From NCBI GenBank assembly GCA_963665115.1, contig OY762007.1, positions 7,180,679-7,220,678 on the forward strand: DNA of 40,000 nt, given 5' to 3'. The notes beneath the pieces are model-generated. The model worked only from the letters and a program-made list of their open reading frames with translations, ran no database searches and was not told the DNA's origin. Positions 18,527-27,031 of this stretch are shown in pieces (the first letter of the stretch is position 1; every line of letters starts with the position of its first letter). A program made the position numbers and the translations under genes. Origin of the DNA: an uncultured Rivularia sp. GTDB taxonomy: Bacteria; Cyanobacteriota; Cyanobacteriia; Cyanobacteriales; Nostocaceae.

Positions 18527-19858
18527 ATGGTGCGGAATGTGGGTTATAAATGTGGGGTTTTTACGGAGAATTTTATGGATGTGGGAGAATTTTTGAGAAG
18601 GTATGAAGATGGGGAAAGGGATTTTTCGGGTATTGAAATTAGGGATGCGGATTTAAGCGGTATTGATTTATATGACAAAGTAATTCTACGAAAAGCTAAA
18701 TTAATCAACATTAATTTAAGTAATTCAAATTTATCGAAAGCTGATTTATCTGAAGCTGATTTAACTGGTTCAAATTTAAATAATGCTTTTTTATGGAAAG
18801 CTAATCTTACAAATGCTAATTTAAGTAATACAAATTTATTTTATGCGAATTTAGAAGCAGCTAATTTAAGAAATGCAATTCTCACAAGTACAGATTTAAG
18901 CTGTACAGATTTAATTGGTGCTGATTTAACTGGTACAAATATAGAAGCAGCTTTAAATTTAGCAAGTCATTACATATTTTTGGTGGATGAATCAAAAAAT
19001 AAAAATACCGAACTACTTACAGAACTGAGAAACTTAACAAGAGGACTTAATTATAGGTATAACTCAGAAGGTTCTTATTATTATGAAATTTTTCTATGGG
19101 ATACTGCATCGAGAGGTGATTTTAGCTTAGAAAAGTTTTTAGAAGCAGCGGTTTTTCTGGTAGAAGTTGATTCAATCGATTTATTTGAAGGGAAATTTTA
19201 TATTGATGAATTTAACTTTATCCTTAAAGATATCAAACAATATATTAAAAATAGAGAATATTTTTATTTGAAGCTCGATATTGGTTTATTCGATAGTGAA
19301 CCTATTCCTGTCTTGATTGGAAATACACAAGCAGGAGATTGGATTGGTATATGTCCTCTTTTTGATATAAAACGAGGTGGTGAAGAAGAAATCGGTAGGA
19401 TACAAGATAACGCATCTCATAAAATCGAATACGAACCATTAATATCAGCTTTGAAAAACTTAGAGACTGTAAAAATTTTTAATTCGGCTTTGATAAATTC
19501 TGAGCCTCTAGGAATTTTTCATCAGGAACTTGATTGTACTGTAGAAGGTGTCGCTTGGGAGATTGCGGAAAATAGAAATAATTTACTCCATAATCTTTTA
19601 AAATATTCTAAAATGATGCATTTTTATGATGATGGTGATTTTGGAGGAGAAGGTTTCTTTGGGGAAAATGATGAAGATATAAAAAAAGACTATCCTGAAG
19701 AATATAAGAGAATTCAGAGATTATCCAATATAATTAAAACTCGTTTCAAAGATATAAAAATTTATTGGATTGGTGATGGTGAGATTGATGTGTATATAGT
19801 CGGTAAAATTGAAACCGGGGATTGGATTGGTATTCGTAGTAGGTTGTCGCATACGTGA
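18527..19858 (+). CDS. Pentapeptide-repeat protein with C-terminal NuiA-like (nuclease-A-inhibitor-like) region
   Basis: About 100 aa of A(D/N)LSx pentapeptide repeats. The C-terminal segments SEGSYYYEIFLWD… and …IKIYWIGDGEIDVYIVGKIETGDWIGIRSRL recall Anabaena NuiA (SESEYPFEVFLWE…, …VYRLGEVELDVYVIGETP…G…). An internal echo occurs at …PVLIGNTQAGDWIGICP. A more likely start is MDVGEF at 18575. Confidence 0.7.
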   Translation: MVRNVGYKCGVFTENFMDVGEFLRRYEDGERDFSGIEIRDADLSGIDLYDKVILRKAKLININLSNSNLSKADLSEADLTGSNLNNAFLWKANLTNANLSNTNLFYANLEAANLRNAILTSTDLSCTDLIGADLTGTNIEAALNLASHYIFLVDESKNKNTELLTELRNLTRGLNYRYNSEGSYYYEIFLWDTASRGDFSLEKFLEAAVFLVEVDSIDLFEGKFYIDEFNFILKDIKQYIKNREYFYLKLDIGLFDSEPIPVLIGNTQAGDWIGICPLFDIKRGGEEEIGRIQDNASHKIEYEPLISALKNLETVKIFNSALINSEPLGIFHQELDCTVEGVAWEIAENRNNLLHNLLKYSKMMHFYDDGDFGGEGFFGENDEDIKKDYPEEYKRIQRLSNIIKTRFKDIKIYWIGDGEIDVYIVGKIETGDWIGIRSRLSHT

Positions 19859-19932
19859 TTAAATTTGGTAGCTCGGATATAAATTTACCTGGCGGTTGAA
19901 ACCGCCGGATATAATATTTCCAATGAAAAAAA

Positions 19933-20593
19933 TCAAACCGTATCTGGATCTATACCTAATTCTTCCAACTTCTTTCTCAACCTTTCGGCTTTTTCTTCAC
20001 TTTCCTTAAGTGCTTGTGCTAATTCGCTTGGTGCGAGTAATTTTTCCCCCGTATCTTCTCGATAAAAAGCAATTAATTCCGATTCAATTTCCAATCTAAG
20101 TTGCAAAGGTTCGCTTCTATTGTCAGTAATTTCTTCATAAACTTCTTTATCTAAGCGATAACCTTTTAATTTGTTTTCAATCCATTCCCCTTTAGGATCG
20201 AATAACCAATATTCTTTTACACCTAACTGTTCGTAAAGCGTTTTTTTGTAACCCGTATCTTTTTCCTTGGTTTCCTTCCGAGGTAATTTCAAATATCACC
20301 GCAGGTACTTGTTTCTCTTCCCAAATTTTATAATTATCCCTACCACCAGGAGCAACGTTAAAAATTACCATGACATCGGGTGCTACTCTGAGTCTGGGAA
20401 AACCTTGAGCGTAATATAAAAATTGGTCAGCTAAAACTGTCGCTTGCTGTCCCTGCAAATACTGTTTTAAAATTTCTAAGGTTACAAGGATTGCATATAA
20501 ATGAACGTAGGTTTCAGCCAAGGGTTCACCGTCTGAGCTAGGGTAGATGATTGCGATATCGGCTTGTTGGTTTGCTGATGCGAGAGATGTCAT
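19933..20593 (-). pseudogene. Uma2 (DUF820) family endonuclease-fold protein, frameshifted
   Basis: ORFs 20593-20192 and 20292-19933 join as …VPAVIFEITSEG|TKEKDTGYKKTLYEQLGVKEYWLFDP when one T of the ttt run 20271-20273 is removed. The corrected protein is 219 aa. Confidence 0.75.
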
Positions 20594-20964
20594 GGTTTCA
20601 CCAGCGGATAGTAATTTAGTTTAATTTTAATATAGGAATTTAGTTCGATTTTTAATAATTGCTTTTCTACATCCTCTACCCCCCTCCCACTTATCGTTGG
20701 TGCGTGACGCTATCTTCGCATTAATAACCACGTTCAAATTTTTTCAAAGCGTCACTAGGCTGTTGACTTTGATGGTTTTTGGCGAATTTTCCAAAAATAT
20801 AGACACAGAATCTGCATGAAGTCTTGCGGGCTAAAGGGTACAGAGTCAACACCCTAGTCACACACCCTACAAGAATAAAGGCTCTAATATTTGTAGCGCA
20901 AGCAAGAATACCCATTCTACAAAATTCTATTGATCGTTGATAATTGTTCATTGATAATTGATAA

Positions 20965-22260
20965 ATGTTTGATATCCTTATTCTTTCCAATGGCCCCGGT
21001 GAAATAACAACTTGGGTGCGTCCTGTTGTAAAATCGTTACGGGAAAAACTTGGTAATAACCGCGATAAAGTCAGAATTTCCGTTGTTTTATCTCCCTGTG
21101 CTAACGCTAGCGGTAAGGAAGCTGATATTGCTCTTTCTTATCCCGAAGTTGATAGAGTTCAATCTGCTCAAAATTTCTTTCCTTTTCTACTAACCGGGAA
21201 AACAGTTGATAATTGGGATTGGAGAAAAAAAGGTGTTGTATTATTCCTCGGTGGAGATCAATTTTTTCCCGTGGTAATTGGTAAAAGGTTGAATTACCGT
21301 ACTGTTATCTACGCTGAATGGGAAGCTAGATGGCATTCTTTAATTAATAGATTCGGTGTCATGAAGCCCGAAGTTGCTGCCAATGTTAAACCTAAATACG
21401 CTGATAAATTTACCGTTGTTGGAGATTTGATGGCGGAAGCTGGGGTGGAAGAGAGAGGGGGAGAGGGGGAAGAGGGGGTAGAGGGGGAAGCACCAATTAC
21501 CAATTACCAATTACCAATTACCCATTCCCATTTAATTGGAATTTTACCTGGTTCAAAAGCAGCTAAGTTAGCTCAGGGTGTCCCTTTGAGTTTGGCGATC
21601 GCTCAACATATCCACAACAAATTTCCTCAAACTAAGTTCTTCATCCCTGTAGCTCCAACTCTTGATTTACAAACTTTGGCTAGTTTCGCTGATGCACAAC
21701 AAAATCCGATGTCGCAATATTTTGAAAATACATCGGCAAAGTTAATAAATACAAATTCAGAAAAACCATATTTACAAACAGCAACAGGTTTAAAAGTCGA
21801 ATTATCTTTAGAACACCCGGCTTACGATCTATTATCTAAATGCAGTCTTTGTTTAACTACCGTTGGTGCAAACACTGCCGAATTAGGTTCTTTAGCCGTA
21901 CCAATGATTGTTTTACTCCCTACTCAACAATTGGATGCAATGCGCTCTTGGGATGGTATTCCTGGATTACTCGCTAATTTACCTTTAGTCGGCACTAGTT
22001 TCGCTAAGTTGATAAATTGGTATTTTATTAAACGTAAGGGTTTGTTAGCATGGCCGAATATATGGGCGCAGCAAGAAATTGTGCCGGAATTGGTAGGAAA
22101 ATTACAACCCTCTGAAGTTGCTGATATTGCCATAGATTATTTACAAAATCCTCAAAAATTAGCCGATATTCGTGGTAAGTTGAAAAGTGCTAGAGGTCAA
22201 GCTGGTGCTGCCGATAAACTGACTCAGTTGGTATGCGAAGAGTTAGAAAAACAAGTTTGA
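20965..22260 (+). CDS. Lipid-A-disaccharide synthase-related protein (LpxB-like, cyanobacterial type)
   Basis: 431 aa. MFDILILSNGPGEITTWVRPVV… and …TTVGANTAELGSLAVPMIV… are consistent with the cyanobacterial LpxB-related family. Carries an in-frame repeat insertion at 21451-21533. Confidence 0.65.
   Translation: MFDILILSNGPGEITTWVRPVVKSLREKLGNNRDKVRISVVLSPCANASGKEADIALSYPEVDRVQSAQNFFPFLLTGKTVDNWDWRKKGVVLFLGGDQFFPVVIGKRLNYRTVIYAEWEARWHSLINRFGVMKPEVAANVKPKYADKFTVVGDLMAEAGVEERGGEGEEGVEGEAPITNYQLPITHSHLIGILPGSKAAKLAQGVPLSLAIAQHIHNKFPQTKFFIPVAPTLDLQTLASFADAQQNPMSQYFENTSAKLINTNSEKPYLQTATGLKVELSLEHPAYDLLSKCSLCLTTVGANTAELGSLAVPMIVLLPTQQLDAMRSWDGIPGLLANLPLVGTSFAKLINWYFIKRKGLLAWPNIWAQQEIVPELVGKLQPSEVADIAIDYLQNPQKLADIRGKLKSARGQAGAADKLTQLVCEELEKQV
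21451..21533. repeat. STRR-like nonamer (agagggggN) and heptamer (accaatt) arrays inside the LpxB-like CDS
   Basis: gagagagggggagagggggaagagggggtagagggggaagc accaattaccaattaccaattaccaattacccattccc read directly. Translated in frame as …EERGGEGEEGVEGEAPITNYQLPITHSH…. Confidence 0.85.
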
Positions 22261-22329
22261 TTAATTCTAGATTTCTATTCTATTTACACAAACCTGCGAC
22301 AAAAAACTTGAAATTATAAATAATGCTAG

Positions 22330-22374
22330 ACAAGATATATTTCGATATTACGGTAATACCAAAATATATCTTGT
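22330..22374. terminator. Hairpin between convergent genes (11-bp perfect stem ACAAGATATAT/ATATATCTTGT)
   Basis: Read directly. The stem is AT-rich with a 23-nt loop, so function is uncertain. Confidence 0.35.
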
Positions 22375-22407
22375 TTAACCCATTCTAGTTAGATTTATGG
22401 TTCATTC

Positions 22408-22650
22408 TTAATTTTCATCTTTCTCAACTAGAATTTGATCGAGTCTGTCATTAGCATCTTTAGCAAGCTTCTGGAATTCCACAGCAGAAACTAAACCAGT
22501 AGCAGTAAGTACAGTTCCTTGTGGAACCTTGTTTGATAAAAGCATTCCCGCACCTGCTAAACTAATAAGAAAAGATAGGCTCGTTGCAAAAAATGCCATG
22601 TTAAAGCTATAACGCGCTTGACGTAAACGTTCTTCGATAATGGGTGACAT
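22408..22650 (-). CDS. Small 2-TM protein (possibly the cyanobacterial TRADD-N-associated 2-TM family)
   Basis: 80 aa with two hydrophobic spans and a …FQKLAKDANDRLDQI tail. That tail resembles my memory of the CyanoTRADDas_TM domain. Not verifiable here. Confidence 0.45.
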   Translation of the reverse strand: MSPIIEERLRQARYSFNMAFFATSLSFLISLAGAGMLLSNKVPQGTVLTATGLVSAVEFQKLAKDANDRLDQILVEKDEN

Positions 22651-22812
22651 ATTAAGTTGAAATACTTAACTACACTTCTAATATCACCTTCTGAAACTCC
22701 AATATTGACTACTCAATGATTGTGTTGTGAACAACTTGTGTTTCCTCTATGATTGTTTTATGACCAAGTTTTGATTGCGTAAGCGAAGCTGCTAAAACAC
22801 CCTAGCTCAAAC

Positions 22813-25401
22813 ATGACACAACATAAGCAAAGTGCTAGAAAAAAGAAAATTACTTATAAAGCCTCCTTGCAGGGTGTAGAGAGAGCACAAGCAGCTTTGA
22901 AACGGCATGGATTTGAGTCAAAAAGTAATTTCGCAAAGTCTCAGTTAATATCCCGCTCTACGGTTACAAAGTTTTTTCTGCGTCAACCAATTCAGCTTGA
23001 TTCTTTTAAAAGGATATGTGAAGGGTTGCAATTAAATTGGAAAGAAATTGCGGAGTTAGAAGATACTACGGAATTTCTAGAAGAAAAACAATTAGAACCG
23101 TTAAAAACAGTTGTTAAAAGTTCCTTAGCAATTAACCAAGAGGTTGAAGGAGAAATGACTCGCCGTCAAGTGACTGTGATAGATAAAGAAACGAAAACAG
23201 TTAAAGCAGTTATTACATTAGAAGGCGATATAAATTCAGTTATAAATTACAATATTCTCCAATCTATTTTACGAGGATATACGGGAAACACTATAAAAAT
23301 CAATGATAAACAACCAGGTAGTATTAAGTTAACTATAGAAGGTTCTCAAGAAGATATTGAAAAGCTTCGACAACTGATAGAATCTGAAGAATTAAATCAA
23401 TTAGATGGTTTTCCCGTTAAAAAGATTCAAATTTTGGGTGAAAGTTCAGATGAAAGTCAAAATAATCAAGCAATTGATAAATGGAGTTTGGCAAGTCAGA
23501 TAGTCTCCAAGCAAATTGAAAGCCTAGATTTGAGCGGCGTTGATTTGAGCGATACTTACTTAATTGGTGCTGACTTGAGTGGTTTGAACTTAAGTGGTGC
23601 TGATTTAAGTGGTGCTGACTTAAGCGATACAAATTTAATTAATTTAACTGAAGCTCTAGCTGCGGCTAGGGAGATTCAGAATGAGAGATTTCGCGCTAAT
23701 ATGCTAATTTCTTTAGCTGATAAACTGCCACCAGAATTATTAACTGAAGCTCTAGCTGCGGCTAAGAAGATTCAATATGAGGAATTTCGCGCTAAAGTGC
23801 TAATTTCTTTAGCTGATAAACTGCCGGAATTATTAACTCAAGCTCTGGCTGCGGCTAGGGGGATTCAAGATGAGTATAATCGCGCTAATGTGCTAATTTC
23901 TTTAGCTGATAAACTGCCACCAGGATTATTAATTCAAGCTCTGGCTGCGGCTAGGGAGATTCAAGATGAGTATAATCGCGCTAATGTGCTAATTTCTTTA
24001 GCTGATAAACTGCCACCAGGATTATTAACTCAAGCTCTGGCTGCGGCTAGGGAGATTCAAGATGAGTATAATCGCGCTAAAGTGCTAATTTCTTTAGCTG
24101 ATAAACTGCCGGAATTATTAACTCAAGCTCTGGCTGCGGCTAGGGAGATTCAAAATGAGAGATTTCGCGCTAAAGTGCTAATTTCTTTAGCTGATAAACT
24201 GCCGGAATTATTAACTCAAGCTCTGGCTGCGGCTATGGGGATTCAAGATGAGTATAATCGCGCTAATGTGCTAATTTCTTTAGCTGATAAACTGCCACCA
24301 GAATTATTAACTCAAGCTCTGGCTGCGGCTAGGGAGATTCAAGATGAGTATAATCGCGCTAAAGTGCTAATTTCTTTAGCTGATAAACTGCCACCAGGAT
24401 TATTAACTCAAGCTCTGGTTGCGGCTAGGGGGATTCAAGATGAGTATAATCGCGCTAAAGTGCTAATTTCTTTAGCTGATAAACTGCCACCAGAATTATT
24501 AACTCAAGCTCTGGCTGCGGCTAGGGGGATTCAATATGAGTATAATCGCGCTAAAGTGCTAATTTCTTTAGCTGATAAACTGCCACCAGAATTATTAACT
24601 CAAGCTCTGGCTGCGGCTAGGGAGATTCAAAATGAGCGCGCTAAAGTGCTAATTTCTTTAGCTGATAAACTGCCACCAGAATTATTAACTCAAACTCTGG
24701 CTGCGGCTAGGGAGATTCAAGATGAGTGTAATCGCGCTAAAGTGCTAATTTCTTTAGCTGATAAACTGCCGGAATTATTAACTGAAGCTCTGGCTGCGGC
24801 TAGGGAGATTCAAGATGAGTATAATCGCGTTAATGTGCTAATTTCTTTAGCTGATAAACTGCCGGAATTATTAACTGAAGCTCTGGCAGTGGCTAGGGAG
24901 ACTCAAGATGAGAACTATTACGCTAATGTGTTGCAAACCTTAGTAAAGAAATTACTATCGCATGATGGTAGCTTGAATAAAGTCAGTCAAAGTTTTGCCA
25001 ATTTAGAAGGTTCAACTTTGATTAATGCTGACTTGAGCAAAGTTGATTTAAGACGCGGTAATTTGAGAAAAGCCAATTTTAATAAAGCTAATCTAGAAGG
25101 TGCTTTTCTAAATGATGCCGATTTGAGTAAAGCAAAGCTGATTCAAACTAACCTGAGATACGCTTACTTAAGAGATGCCAAACTCGTTAGTGCTAAATTA
25201 ACAGATGCCAATTTAGCAGATGCTAACCTTGCAGGAGCCAACTTAATTGATGCTGACTTAAGTGGTGCTAATGTAAAAAATGCGAAATTTGGACACAATC
25301 AAGGAATTTCAGATGAATTGAAGCGCGATCTTCAGCGGCGAGGGGCTATATTTGTTGACGAGCCTCCTAGAGAAGATTCAAGGGTTTTAGTTCCTGTATA
25401 G
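22813..25401 (+). CDS. Multidomain repeat protein: N-terminal HTH-like module, unknown domain, pentapeptide block, 13-14 alpha-helical (HEAT/ARM-like) repeats, pentapeptide block
   Basis: 862 aa in a single uninterrupted frame. The N-terminus …SNFAKSQLISRSTVTKFFLRQPIQLDSFKRICEGLQLNWKEIAEL resembles the HTH module common at the start of cyanobacterial WD40/TPR/pentapeptide proteins. Pentapeptide runs lie at about 23530-23640 and 24990-25280. Confidence 0.8.
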   Translation: MTQHKQSARKKKITYKASLQGVERAQAALKRHGFESKSNFAKSQLISRSTVTKFFLRQPIQLDSFKRICEGLQLNWKEIAELEDTTEFLEEKQLEPLKTVVKSSLAINQEVEGEMTRRQVTVIDKETKTVKAVITLEGDINSVINYNILQSILRGYTGNTIKINDKQPGSIKLTIEGSQEDIEKLRQLIESEELNQLDGFPVKKIQILGESSDESQNNQAIDKWSLASQIVSKQIESLDLSGVDLSDTYLIGADLSGLNLSGADLSGADLSDTNLINLTEALAAAREIQNERFRANMLISLADKLPPELLTEALAAAKKIQYEEFRAKVLISLADKLPELLTQALAAARGIQDEYNRANVLISLADKLPPGLLIQALAAAREIQDEYNRANVLISLADKLPPGLLTQALAAAREIQDEYNRAKVLISLADKLPELLTQALAAAREIQNERFRAKVLISLADKLPELLTQALAAAMGIQDEYNRANVLISLADKLPPELLTQALAAAREIQDEYNRAKVLISLADKLPPGLLTQALVAARGIQDEYNRAKVLISLADKLPPELLTQALAAARGIQYEYNRAKVLISLADKLPPELLTQALAAAREIQNERAKVLISLADKLPPELLTQTLAAAREIQDECNRAKVLISLADKLPELLTEALAAAREIQDEYNRVNVLISLADKLPELLTEALAVARETQDENYYANVLQTLVKKLLSHDGSLNKVSQSFANLEGSTLINADLSKVDLRRGNLRKANFNKANLEGAFLNDADLSKAKLIQTNLRYAYLRDAKLVSAKLTDANLADANLAGANLIDADLSGANVKNAKFGHNQGISDELKRDLQRRGAIFVDEPPREDSRVLVPV
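23644..24960 (+). repeat. Coding tandem array: 13 near-identical units of 90-96 bp (30-32 aa) plus one degenerate unit
   Basis: Consensus unit is LTQALAAAREIQDEYNRAKVLISLADKLPPEL. Unit lengths counted by hand are 32,31,32,32,31,31,32,32,32,32,30,31,31 aa. Unit 14 (from 24871) is divergent. Confidence 0.9.
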
Positions 25402-25713
25402 TAAAAGAAATCAAGTTCGCTCAATTACTTATAAATACAAAGTATATTTGTAAGTAAGTTTGCAGAAATAAAACCAACTATGTAACGAAAAGTAATTTGC
25501 TCGAAACGGCTGGGATTGCTATCTCCCTCCGGGAGACGCTGCGCTAACGTCGTTCCTCCATTCCCTCAAAGGGAACACTCCGTGAACGCAATGACAAAGA
25601 ACAGTTATGTTTAATTACGCTCACTTACTTAGTTAGGCTTTAGTAATAAACACAAAAATTGATAAAAAGTATTTTGATATTTCCGTAAAATAGTAAAAAA
25701 ATATTATTACCTA

Positions 25714-26583
25714 TTACCCATTACCTAAATCATTCCGAATAGCTTTGAGTAAATCTTGATGAACTGATTCGGAAGTTGCGATAATTAATCCTGGTAATTT
25801 ATAATCCTCGCAAGTATTTAGTGCAGGTAAAGCAGAACCTTCCAAATTTGTCACCTTGCAACCTGCTTCTCTAGCAAGAAAAGCTAAAGCTGCACCATCA
25901 ATAAACTGACCAAACCTTTTCACAGCACCGCTTATATCGCCAGTTAAAATGCCGTTAAGATTGGGCATTTGAACTGAGCTAGAATAATCTTCGACTGCAT
26001 TAATGATTTTGTATTTATCTTTTAATGAAGTTGTTAGCGAACTCATCGCCGTACCTAATAATATAGTAGGTTTATCTGTGGAATCTACTTTTAATAGAGT
26101 GCATTCGTCCAAATTCATTTCTAAAGTACCTTTAAAAGCACCTTTACCTCTCAAAGCGTAATAATACACATTTTCGCTGGGAGATATAGCAATTACGGCT
26201 TCATAATCATCTGTATTTAGAATACTGAGAATAATTTGATAATTAGAATGTCCATCTATATAGAACTTTGTACCGTCGATTGGGTCAAGAGTGACTAAAT
26301 AATCATCTTTTTCGCCAAAATCAACAGCACGAAAATATTTTGTATTGGGAGAGCTTTTATATTCTTCCCCATAAAAACGGATGTTTGGGAAATTACCTAA
26401 TAAAGCAACTTCTACAAAATTTTGAATAGCTAAATCCGCTTCAGTTAAAGCCGCAGAAAAAAAGCTTTCTCCACCATCTTTGTCAGGAAGAGCAGCAATT
26501 TTCGGTTGTAGGAAACGAGCATAACCTGCTGCTGCTTTTAAATGTGGAAGTAAAGTTTCTAAAATAATCCGAGGTGAGGGCAT
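25714..26583 (-). CDS. Inositol monophosphatase / FBPase-superfamily phosphatase
   Basis: 289 aa with …FYGEEY… and …VTLDPIDGTKFY… metal-binding motifs (the EE and DPIDGT signatures). Confidence 0.72.
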   Translation of the reverse strand: MPSPRIILETLLPHLKAAAGYARFLQPKIAALPDKDGGESFFSAALTEADLAIQNFVEVALLGNFPNIRFYGEEYKSSPNTKYFRAVDFGEKDDYLVTLDPIDGTKFYIDGHSNYQIILSILNTDDYEAVIAISPSENVYYYALRGKGAFKGTLEMNLDECTLLKVDSTDKPTILLGTAMSSLTTSLKDKYKIINAVEDYSSSVQMPNLNGILTGDISGAVKRFGQFIDGAALAFLAREAGCKVTNLEGSALPALNTCEDYKLPGLIIATSESVHQDLLKAIRNDLGNG

Positions 26584-26586
26584 AAA

Positions 26587-26643
26587 AGGTAATAGGTTAA
26601 AGGTTAAAGGTCAAAGGTAAGAGATAAAAACTGATAACTGATT
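26587..26643. repeat. STRR-type heptamer arrays (aggtnaa x5, aactgat x2)
   Basis: aggtaat aggttaa aggttaa aggtcaa aggtaag … aactgat aactgat read directly. Confidence 0.75.
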
Positions 26644-27031
26644 ACTGTTCGCTGTTTTCCCCATCTCGTCTTCCTAATTCATAAACTCCGCAACTCATAC
26701 AGGCGAGAATTCCGGTACTGATACCCCAACTTCCCCCCAAACTGATTTCTATAATCCAATTGGACAAAGCACCAAATATTAAAAAAGGTATGATGCTGAA
26801 AACCGATGCATAGAAAGCGTTTTGCGATTCTCTTGCTTTGCGAGTTTTTTCAAATTCAGTCTGACTGGTATACATAAATCGCTCGGCAAAATTGAACCAG
26901 CGATTCAGCTGTTTTGTTACCCATTCACTAAGCGGGGAAAAACCTAGATACAGTGCCAAAGACCATAAAGTCGCTCCAGCAATGGCTAATGTGTCTATAT
27001 CGAACCTGAAAGGAAATATATCAGTTAACAT
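26642..27031 (-). CDS. Hypothetical integral membrane protein
   Basis: 129 aa with 3-4 hydrophobic spans. Co-directional with the phosphatase gene. No family recognised. Confidence 0.5.
   Translation of the reverse strand: MLTDIFPFRFDIDTLAIAGATLWSLALYLGFSPLSEWVTKQLNRWFNFAERFMYTSQTEFEKTRKARESQNAFYASVFSIIPFLIFGALSNWIIEISLGGSWGISTGILACMSCGVYELGRRDGENSEQ

Noticed and set aside
20721-20990. 89-aa minus-strand ORF upstream of the LpxB-like gene
   Set aside because: It covers repeat-family sequences (…CACACCCTACAAG…, TTGGTGCGTGACGC…) and overlaps the LpxB-like start. Its composition is not protein-like.
21309-23632. ORFs 21309-21503 (-), 21924-22133 (-) and 23417-23632 (-)
   Set aside because: They are antisense shadows of the LpxB-like gene and of the pentapeptide-coding region. 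Repeat DNA keeps frames open.
23644-24960. Regular ~96-bp periodicity that could at first glance suggest a CRISPR array
   Set aside because: There are no unique spacers. The whole unit repeats head-to-tail and stays in one long open reading frame that encodes a helical-repeat protein. No cas genes are nearby.
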